Origin: an uncultured Candidatus Saccharibacteria bacterium
Lineage (GTDB): Bacteria; Patescibacteriota; Doudnabacteria; UBA920
Assembly: GCA_964561655.1 (NCBI GenBank)
Contig: CAZLQG010000004.1
Coordinates: 1 to 38,939 of the forward strand
Length of the DNA: 38,939 bases
Direction of reading: 5' to 3'
Position 1 is the stretch's first letter. Each line of letters opens with the position of its first letter. The notes beneath the pieces were generated by a model. The model did no database searches, was not told where the DNA came from, and saw only the letters and a list, made by a program, of their open reading frames with translations. Positions 15,801 through 21,961 of the stretch are shown piece by piece. The position numbers and the translations under genes were made by a program.

Positions 15801-16331
15801 CTAAATTTAGAAATGCTTGGAGAAAACAAGAGTATGGCGGGTATCATTTCAAAGGTAAAACGTACTCTTACCAAAAAAAACGACCCCATGGCGTTTTTCA
15901 CGCTTAATGATTTAAGCGGCAGCATTGAAGTTTTAGTTTTTCCCAAAGTGATGGAAAGAGCCTTACCGTTTTTGGAAAATGACCAAATTGTTCAGGTCAG
16001 CGGAAGGCTTTCCGACAAAGACGAAGAGTTCAAGCTAATCGCGGAAGATATTCAGGCTTTGCCTAATGATGAAAGTTATTCCGTGGCCCTAAGCGAAATG
16101 GAAAAAAAGAGAAGAGTCACTCTGCATATGTCTGCTATGGCCGGAAAAGGTGTTTTAGAAAACATCAAAAGAATTTTGCAGGAGCATCCGGGCAACGCCC
16201 AGGTTTTTCTTTCCGTAGGCGTGGGACATAACGCAAAAAAAGTTAAAACCCAAACCAAGGTAAGCGTTCAGAATGGTCTGATTGCCCAGCTTCGGCAAAT
16301 CCCGGAAATTAGCAAGGTGGATGTGGAATAA
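12873..16331 (+). CDS. dnaE: DNA polymerase III alpha subunit
   Basis: PHP domain begins MDFTHLHCHSHYSLLDG. Length is ~1150 aa with the polymerase core and a C-terminal OB region. The start is taken at the internal ATG. Confidence 0.93.
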   Translation: MDFTHLHCHSHYSLLDGLSKIDQLIARTKELGMRALALTDHGVMYGAVEFYVKCKEAGIKPVIGLEAYIAPRLLSDKEGKLDSDYFHLTLLAKNEIGYKNLIQLTTLAHIQGFYYKPRIDLEALKKFSPGLVALSGCQRGEIARAVISGSGEHSQKTLEKYLSIFGSKNLFIEIQKNVKESDQQAEDELNTKLIELAKKNHLQLVATADCHYIYPEDSEAQDVLVCIGTAKTVDDANRLDMRGVDLSLKSPEKMQELFYELPEALENTQKIAEMCDLEIKINQRYFPKVETPQGISAEDYLKNLTHERALSLYAKDGQVPKEILERIDYELDIICKKGFATYFLMVADVVDGAHKLGAITNTRGSAAGSIVGRILGITNVDPLYYELPFERFLTLHRPTPPDIDLDIADNRRDEAIEYITKKYGKDKVAQIITFGTMMARAAVRDVGRASGVSYSKCDRIAKMIPFGKQGFHMTLDRALEMNPELKEAFDRDPETRSVLTIAKKLEGCARHASVHAAGIVITPTPLTDYMPLQKEPDGERIITQYDMYALDVNASSRAIGVVKLDLLGIRNLSILEAAVRLAEKRHNVKIDIYNLPHPDSKTLKLLADGFTFGVFQMGSSGMTRYLKELKPNSIFEIMAMIALYRPGPMQFIPEYIARKNNPKLIKYLDPSLEKILYRTYGILIYQDDLLTIAHDLAGYTWPEVDKFRKAVGKKIPTEMAKQKIKFIQGCQETSGWSFEKASQVWNWIEPFAAYGFNKAHSASYSVVSYQTAYMKANYPVEFMAALMTAEAGDEDKIYAAVEECKNLGIKVLPPEINESLDNFTVVDGHTVRFGLNAIKNLGSDVIASAIQQRQAAGRFKSLEDFLIRARTKTLNKKSWEALCKAGALDAFGDRGVLLGNTEDVLNFMREHFKAQESGQSSLFGSDLRARLKLKKYPESSKEEKLAWEKEHLGMYVSSHPMESYSRVLKSFNSVSSLNLEMLGENKSMAGIISKVKRTLTKKNDPMAFFTLNDLSGSIEVLVFPKVMERALPFLENDQIVQVSGRLSDKDEEFKLIAEDIQALPNDESYSVALSEMEKKRRVTLHMSAMAGKGVLENIKRILQEHPGNAQVFLSVGVGHNAKKVKTQTKVSVQNGLIAQLRQIPEISKVDVE

Positions 16332-16494
16332 AATTAGTGCTTAGTGCTTAGTGTCTAACAAAGTTAAAGACTGCCTGGGACATCCGTTATTGTTGGATAT
16401 CCGAAGCAGCCTAGGATTACGTTGCCTCCGGGCGCGTCCCGGCCCGACCTCCGCTTGGCGGAGGGATTGATGGTTGCCGTTAAGGAGGACTTGA

Positions 16495-16770
16495 TTATGC
16501 CTTTTCGTATGGTTGCGAATCCTCCTTTTTTTTTCGTAGCAAGGGCAAGGCTTGGATTCCTCCCCAGGTGAGGGCGCAGAATGCGCCGACTAGGAAAATA
16601 TAGATCCAAGCTGTTTGGAAGATTTGGAATTTGCCATACCTCATTATGAGGCAGGCGAACCAAGCCCCCAAGAGCCAGATGGTGATGGAAAGCCATTTGG
16701 GCTTTTTTGGAGCCAACTCTGGTAATGCCAAGATTACCACGATGGCCAGCAGGGATGCTACAATCTTCAT
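16495..16770 (-). CDS. small hypothetical membrane protein (about 3 TM helices)
   Basis: 91 aa with hydrophobic helices and a basic C-terminus. I recognise no family. Confidence 0.45.
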   Translation of the reverse strand: MKIVASLLAIVVILALPELAPKKPKWLSITIWLLGAWFACLIMRYGKFQIFQTAWIYIFLVGAFCALTWGGIQALPLLRKKKEDSQPYEKA

Positions 16771-16827
16771 ATTTATAGTATAATTGATTCTGTAATTATT
16801 GTGGAAAGCTTAATTGCCTTGGTTATT

Positions 16828-16855
16828 TTGTCCACAAGTACATATTTGCTACAAT
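16828..16855 (+). promoter_or_regulatory. sigma70-like promoter with extended -10
   Basis: TTGTCC (16828-16833), 16-nt spacer ending in TGC, TACAAT (16850-16855). Confidence 0.45.
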
Positions 16856-16861
16856 ATCAAG

Positions 16862-17068
16862 CATTTGTTATATTTAATTTAGTTCATCAAACGATATCAT
16901 CCGGGCTACCAACCTGGAGAGTTTGGAACAATGGTATAAAAAGGTCCCGATGTCTAGAGAATCGGGGCAAGCTGGGACGGAAACGTTCTGGTTATTTTAA
17001 TCAGAACCCCAGGGTTTGGCTTGTCATCTATTGCTGATGATGAGCCGTGTCCTGGGGTTTTGTGTTTT
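16862..17068 (+). promoter_or_regulatory. structured leader or attenuator-like RNA (or stand-alone sRNA) ending in a strong intrinsic terminator
   Basis: It contains a chain of mutually exclusive helices (listed in the findings). The terminator is ACCCCAGG-GTTT-GGCTTGTCATC-loop-GATGATGAGCC-GTGT-CCTGGGGT followed by TTTTGTGTTTT (17006-17068). Confidence 0.4.
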
Positions 17069-17448
17069 GTCATTCCGAGCGAACCCGACAAAGTCGGGAG
17101 AGCCGAGGAATCGCTTATCCGATGATATATGAAAGCGCATCATTATTTTGTATACATCATGGCTAGCGCGTCAGGTACTTTGTATATTGGAGTAACGAAT
17201 AATTTGATAAAGAGAGTTTGGGAACATAAATACGATGTTATCGGGGGCTTTACTTAAAGATATCAATGTCATAAGCTCGTTTATTTTGAACAAACCGACA
17301 ATGTTGAATCCGCAATTTTAAGAGAAAAGCAACTAAAAAACTGGAATCGCAAAAAGAAGGAGCTTTTAATAAAAACTAAGAGCTCACATTGGAAAGATTT
17401 ATATAACAAAATTATTTAAGAGATCTCTCCGCTACGGTCGGGATGACA
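17068..17448 (+). mobile_element. GIY-YIG mini-element with imperfect terminal inverted repeats
   Basis: TGTCATTCCGAGCG (17068-17081) matches the reverse complement of 17435-17448 (TGTCATCCCGACCG) at 12 of 14 positions. The left end also has an internal hairpin, CCCGAC-aaa-GTCGGG. Confidence 0.5.
17129..17419 (+). pseudogene. GIY-YIG nuclease (COG2827-like) with an in-frame TAA
   Basis: Translates as MKAHHYFVYIMASASGTLYIGVTNNLIKRVWEHKYDVIGGFT, then TAA (17255-17257), then RYQCHKLVYFEQTDNVESAILREKQLKNWNRKKKELLIKTKSSHWKDLYNKII, all in one frame. The stop sits where related proteins have Lys. Confidence 0.7.
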
Positions 17449-17458
17449 AAGACAGGCT

Positions 17459-19291
17459 ATGGATAACAATCAAAAATTCCATAACATCCGGCATTCGCTC
17501 GCGCATCTTTTGGCCGCGGCGGTTTTGGAAATGTTTCCAAAGGCACAGCTCGGCGTTGGGCCGGTAATTGAAAACGGATTTTTTTATGATTTTCTTCTCC
17601 CCCGCCCGGTAACGCCCGAGGACATAAAAAAGTTGGAAAAGCGAATGCGGGCTTTAGCGCAGCAAAAGCTGAAGTTTGAACGCGTGGAAATGTCTATGGC
17701 TGAAGCCAAGGAATATTTTGAAAGCCGGAGGCAGCCGTTTAAAGTGGAATTAATTAAGGACATTGAAAAGTTTGGAACCACTAAGGCGGATGAGAAACTG
17801 AATGCAGAATCAGGAATTATGAATCAGGAATTAGGAACGACATCAAAAACGGAGAAAGTAAGTCTGTATAAAACCGGGAATTTTGTGGACTTATGCCGGG
17901 GTGGACATGTGGAAAATACTTCGCAAATTCGCACGGACGCTTTTAAATTAGACAAGGTAAGCGGCGCTTACTGGCGGGGCGACCAGAAAAATCCGCAAAT
18001 GCAGAGAATTTACGGCATTGCCTTTGAAACCAAAATGGAATTGGAGAAATATCAAAAAATGCAGGAAGAAGCAAAAAAGCGAGACCATAGAATTTTAGGA
18101 AAGCAATTAGACCTTTTTACTTTTTCTGAATTAGTGGGCGCCGGCCTGCCTTTATGGACCCCGAGAGGAACCTTGCTCAGAAATTTATTGGACGATTACG
18201 TATGGCAGTTAAGGAAACAAGCGGGTTTTGTTAAAGTTGAAATCCCCCATATTACCAAGAAAGGTTTATATGAAACCAGCGGGCACTGGGCAAAGTTTAA
18301 GAATGAGCTATTTAGAATTGAGACCCGTGAAGGCCATGAATTTGCCATGAAGCCCATGAATTGTCCACATCATATTGAAATTTTCAAGCGCAAACTCCAT
18401 AGTTATAGGGATTTACCGCAAAGGTATGCCAATACCACGATGGTTTACCGAGATGAGCAAACCGGCGAGCTTAATGGTCTGTCCCGCGTGCGCTGTATTA
18501 CTCAGGACGACGCGCATGTTTTTTGCCGCTATTCTCAAATCAGGCAGGAGATTCTGGAGCTTTGGGACGTGATTACAAAATTTTATAAAGCCAGCGGCAA
18601 GTTTAAAATGAGGATTAGGCTTTCTTTTTACGACCCAAAACAATCCCAAAATTACTTAGGAGACAAGGTAATTTGGGAGAAAGCGCAAGAAGAGCTAAAG
18701 AAGGCAATTATGGTAAAAAAAGTAAAATTTGAAGAGGCAGTGGGCGAGGCCGCTTTTTACGGACCGAAAATTGACTTTATGGCGAACGATTCAATGGGGA
18801 GGGAGTGGCAGCTGGCTACGATTCAACTGGACATGAATCTGCCCGAGCAATTTGATTTAACTTGCGTAAACGAAAAGGGCGAGTTGGAAAGAATTGCTAT
18901 GTTGCACTGTGCGGTAATGGGTTCAATAGAAAGATACCTTTCAATTTTAATAGAGCATTTGGCTGGCTATTTCCCACTCTGGCTTTCCCCCGTTCAGGTG
19001 GCTGTTCTGCCGATTTCTAAAAAGCAAAACGCTTATGCTAAGAAGATGATGAAAGAACTATCATCGGTTGAGCCGGATTTAAGGATAGAACTTGATGACC
19101 GTGATGAATCTGTCGGTAAAAAAATCAGGGAAGCGACTCTGCAGAAAATCCCCTACCAAATAATTTTGGGCGAAAAAGAAGTAAAAGCAAAAAAAATCGC
19201 CGTACGCACCCGTAAAGGCAAGGATTTAGGAACCATAGGCCTCAAAAAGTTTTTGGATAAAATCACGGAAGAAATCGCAAATAAAAAATAG
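17459..19291 (+). CDS. thrS: threonyl-tRNA synthetase (no N-terminal TGS domain)
   Basis: 610 aa. Starts in the second additional (editing-associated) domain (HNIRHSLAHLLA). Class II core FAMKPMNCPHH, and a C-terminal anticodon-binding domain. Confidence 0.93.
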   Translation: MDNNQKFHNIRHSLAHLLAAAVLEMFPKAQLGVGPVIENGFFYDFLLPRPVTPEDIKKLEKRMRALAQQKLKFERVEMSMAEAKEYFESRRQPFKVELIKDIEKFGTTKADEKLNAESGIMNQELGTTSKTEKVSLYKTGNFVDLCRGGHVENTSQIRTDAFKLDKVSGAYWRGDQKNPQMQRIYGIAFETKMELEKYQKMQEEAKKRDHRILGKQLDLFTFSELVGAGLPLWTPRGTLLRNLLDDYVWQLRKQAGFVKVEIPHITKKGLYETSGHWAKFKNELFRIETREGHEFAMKPMNCPHHIEIFKRKLHSYRDLPQRYANTTMVYRDEQTGELNGLSRVRCITQDDAHVFCRYSQIRQEILELWDVITKFYKASGKFKMRIRLSFYDPKQSQNYLGDKVIWEKAQEELKKAIMVKKVKFEEAVGEAAFYGPKIDFMANDSMGREWQLATIQLDMNLPEQFDLTCVNEKGELERIAMLHCAVMGSIERYLSILIEHLAGYFPLWLSPVQVAVLPISKKQNAYAKKMMKELSSVEPDLRIELDDRDESVGKKIREATLQKIPYQIILGEKEVKAKKIAVRTRKGKDLGTIGLKKFLDKITEEIANKK

Positions 19292-19320
19292 ATCGCAGAT
19301 ACAGCGAAAACCGTTGTCTA

Positions 19321-19349
19321 TTGCCATCAATCTCTCTTTATGCTATAAT
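19321..19349 (+). promoter_or_regulatory. near-consensus sigma70 promoter
   Basis: TTGCCA, 17-nt spacer, TATAAT. It lies ~195 nt upstream of the RRM gene start. Confidence 0.55.
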
Positions 19350-19543
19350 GCTTTAGTCATCTTAATTTAAATGTTACTTTAGGTTCTTTAAGAGCTCTTT
19401 AAGTGTCCATTTAAATTGTCTTAATAAGTTAGTAAGAGTTTATCCAGCGCTGATTGCGGCTTAGATAATTATCTTTGCCGGGAATAAGGTCGTAGAAAAT
19501 TAGCGTTTGGATGCAAGATGAGCTCTTAAGGTAAGTAGTCTAA

Positions 19544-19846
19544 ATGTCAAAGAAGCTTTTTGTCGGCAATTTGCCTTGGTCAGCTACCAGCGACGATTTG
19601 CAGCAGCTGTTTTCGCAGCACGGCAACGTCACTAGCGCCAATGTGATTACTGATAAGTTTTCAGGGCGAAGCAAGGGCTTTGGTTTCGTGGAGTTTGAAA
19701 ACGACGCGGAAGCCGATGCCGCTGCACAGGCCTTAAATGGTCAGGACTTCCAAGGCAGAAATATTGCTGTCTCTGAAGCCCGTCCAATGGCCGACAGACC
19801 CCCGAGGAAAGATTTCCGCGGCGGTGGTCGCCGGGATCAGTACTAA
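19544..19846 (+). CDS. RRM-type RNA-binding protein with a C-terminal RGG tail
   Basis: 100 aa. RNP-2 is LFVGNL and RNP-1 is KGFGFVEF. The tail is RPPRKDFRGGGRRDQY. Confidence 0.9.
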   Translation: MSKKLFVGNLPWSATSDDLQQLFSQHGNVTSANVITDKFSGRSKGFGFVEFENDAEADAAAQALNGQDFQGRNIAVSEARPMADRPPRKDFRGGGRRDQY

Positions 19847-19855
19847 ATCTGATTC

Positions 19856-19895
19856 AAAAACTCCCATCCCGATATATCGGGATGGGAGTTTGTTT
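19856..19895. terminator. bidirectional intrinsic terminator
   Basis: CTCCCATCCCGATA|TATCGGGATGGGAG is a perfect 14-bp stem flanked by an A-run and a T-run. Confidence 0.7.
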
Positions 19896-19905
19896 ATGAG
19901 TAGTT

Positions 19906-20667
19906 TTAGGTTAGAACCCTACCGCCCTTTTTTCCCACAGCCACCGTATGCTCAAAATGCGCGGCAAGTCCGCCGTCGGCCGTGCGGATAGTCCAGCCGT
20001 CATCGTCAACAGCGATCTTCCATTCTTTTTCACATAACATCGGTTCTATCGCAAGCACCATGCCTTCTTCCAGTTTTAATCCTTGACCTTTTGTCCCGTA
20101 GCAGGGGACCTGTGGATCTTCATGGACGTCATAACCTACGCCGTGGCCTACTAAATCCCTCACTACCGAAAAACCGGCAGCTTGTGCGACTGACTGGATA
20201 ATAAAGCCAATATCCCCGATCATATTTCTTGCTCTAGCCGCTTTAATTGCCTCTTCAAGGCATTTTTTTGTTGTACTGATAAGTTTTGTCGCAACATGAG
20301 ATATTCTGCCTACCGGTACAGTAATCGCGGTATCCGTAAACAGGCCTTTATATTCCATACCGACGTCCAAGTTTATAATGTCGCCTTCTTTTAGAATTTC
20401 TTTTTGAGATGGAACGCCGTGTACGATTACGTCATTGGTTGAAGTGCACAGTCCGGCCGGGAAAGGGTTTTTTTTATCGCCATAATTTTTAAAACTTGAC
20501 CTGCCGCCTGCTTCCCTGATCTTTTTTTCCGTAAACTCATTCAATTCCCAGGTTGAAACGCCCGGCTTTGCCAGTTTGGCCGCGTCGTGCAAAATATCGC
20601 GCAGGATTTTTCCGCCGGCAGCTATAATTTCTATTTCTTCGTTTGTTTTAATTAAGCCTGTTTTCAT
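19906..20667 (-). CDS. map: methionine aminopeptidase type I
   Basis: 253 aa. The metal-ligand context is conserved (DINLDVG, HGVGYDVHEDP, LAIEP, FEHTV). Confidence 0.92.
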   Translation of the reverse strand: MKTGLIKTNEEIEIIAAGGKILRDILHDAAKLAKPGVSTWELNEFTEKKIREAGGRSSFKNYGDKKNPFPAGLCTSTNDVIVHGVPSQKEILKEGDIINLDVGMEYKGLFTDTAITVPVGRISHVATKLISTTKKCLEEAIKAARARNMIGDIGFIIQSVAQAAGFSVVRDLVGHGVGYDVHEDPQVPCYGTKGQGLKLEEGMVLAIEPMLCEKEWKIAVDDDGWTIRTADGGLAAHFEHTVAVGKKGGRVLT

Positions 20668-21274
20668 AATCTTCCAGTTTTGTAAGCAGCCGTTTTCTGG
20701 CCGCAGGGATTGCGCCGTGTGTAGAAATTTTTATAAAAGCATATCTTTTTTTAAAAAATTTGACGACTTGCTTGATGTTTTTTTGGTAATATCGGATACG
20801 GTTCCTAAGCGCCTTATTGTTGTCGTCGGGCCGCTTGGAAAATTTTCCTTTAAAATAGGTTTTGCGGCTGGTCATTCTGTGGATGGTCTCTTTTGGTGGA
20901 ATGGTTAAATAAATAAACAAAACTCGTCTGCGTTTTTCGGCCCTTAGCCATTTAGCGACCAGTTTGGCTTCCCCGAGCATTTTTGGAGTGCCGTTTAAAA
21001 GCACGCCTTGATTTTTAGGTACATTGTGAATTTTGTCGCGTAACAGTTTTCTTACCAGTTCGGTTGGCGTAAGCTTGCCTTTGTCCAAGGTTTTGTCGAG
21101 GCGGTATTTTTTACGCAAGGCTTTGTTGTGGTTTAAAGCTCTGAGCTCCCTTCCCATATCCAAGTCGTAAAGATTGTATTTTTTTGCCAAATATCTTCCG
21201 TGGGTAGCCTTGCCTGCCGCTGGGTCGCCGAGCAGGATGACATTTAAAGGCGCAGTTTTTTTTGAATTCGCCAT
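20648..21274 (-). CDS. adenylate kinase-family nucleoside monophosphate kinase paralogue
   Basis: 208 aa. Divergent P-loop GDPAAGKAT, an NMP-binding-like segment, and LLNGTPKMLGEAK (compare DGFPRTxxQA). Very basic. Overlaps map by 20 nt. Confidence 0.65.
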   Translation of the reverse strand: MANSKKTAPLNVILLGDPAAGKATHGRYLAKKYNLYDLDMGRELRALNHNKALRKKYRLDKTLDKGKLTPTELVRKLLRDKIHNVPKNQGVLLNGTPKMLGEAKLVAKWLRAEKRRRVLFIYLTIPPKETIHRMTSRKTYFKGKFSKRPDDNNKALRNRIRYYQKNIKQVVKFFKKRYAFIKISTHGAIPAARKRLLTKLEDYENRLN

Positions 21275-21278
21275 CAGG

Positions 21279-21857
21279 TTAATTTTTCAGCTTTAAGGTT
21301 TGGTTAATGTTTTTGTCGACTTCTTCAATGCTGGGCCGGCCGTCAATAACAAAAAATTGGGTTTGGTTTTTTAAGTAGTCCAGTACTGGCAGCGTGTCCT
21401 CGTAGTATTGTTTAAGTCTGAGTTCAATTTTTTCTTTGGTGTCGTCTGCGCGGCCTTCTTGCTTGGCACGAAGAAGCAGCCTTTCCAGCGAGTATTCTTT
21501 TGGTATATCTAAAAAGATTGTTGCAAAATTAGTTCTACCCTGTTTTTTTAAAAAATCCATCAAAAATTCAGCCTGGCCTAGGCGCCGCGGGATGCCATCG
21601 AAGATTACCCCTTGGTCTTTGTTTATTTTTGACAGCCTTGATTCTGCAACCTTTAAAAGCAAATCATCACCCAATAAAATTCCTCTATCAACCAGCCTTT
21701 TTACCTCTTTGCCAAGTTCTGTGTCTTCCTTGCCGGCTCCTCTTAAAATTCCGCCCATTTCCCAATAAAAAAAACCAAGGCGTTTGGAAAGAAGGCGGGC
21801 CTGCGTTCCTTTGCCTGACCCTTGCGGGCCAATAAAGAAAATTGTGTTTAAGTTCAT
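21279..21857 (-). CDS. adk: adenylate kinase (short LID type)
   Basis: 192 aa. Motifs GPQGSGKGTQ, GGILR, and FDGIPRRLGQAE. Confidence 0.9.
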   Translation of the reverse strand: MNLNTIFFIGPQGSGKGTQARLLSKRLGFFYWEMGGILRGAGKEDTELGKEVKRLVDRGILLGDDLLLKVAESRLSKINKDQGVIFDGIPRRLGQAEFLMDFLKKQGRTNFATIFLDIPKEYSLERLLLRAKQEGRADDTKEKIELRLKQYYEDTLPVLDYLKNQTQFFVIDGRPSIEEVDKNINQTLKLKN

Positions 21858-21961
21858 AAGTGTTTGTATTTTATCCTAATTTTAGATTTTTTTCAAATTT
21901 ATGTTATAATAATTTTAATTCATATTTATTAGAAACAAAAAAGTTTAGGCATAAAATTTGA

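Noticed and set aside
16334-16354. Possible CRISPR or tandem-repeat array (TTAGTGC x3)
   Set aside because: There are only three 7-bp units, with no spacers and no further repeats. No CRISPR-like array occurs anywhere in the window.
16380-16500. SRP (4.5S) RNA, because of GAAGCAGCC at about 16411-16419
   Set aside because: The flanking sequence does not form the helix 8 tetraloop and symmetric-loop arrangement on either strand. There is no long closing helix.
16364-16696. Minus-strand ORF of 110 aa
   Set aside because: It overlaps the better small-membrane-protein ORF in another frame and runs through the GC-rich hairpins. Its Arg/Gly/Pro-rich translation is typical of GC-rich non-coding sequence.
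455-16995. Shared 12-mer AACGTTCTGGTT at about 459-470 and 16982-16993, each inside a hairpin
   Set aside because: There are only two short copies with different flanks. I cannot distinguish this from chance without a genome-wide count.
16862-17068. Canonical T-box riboswitch for thrS
   Set aside because: I could not find the conserved T-box sequence (GGUGGUACCGCG-like), the AGAGA/distal-loop arrangement, or a Thr specifier on the 3' side of a stem I. Only loose resemblances remain (UGGA, ACC). Partial similarities to glycine and c-di-GMP-I motif fragments (GGAGAG, GGGGCAA, GGGACGGAAAC) are too incomplete to support a call.
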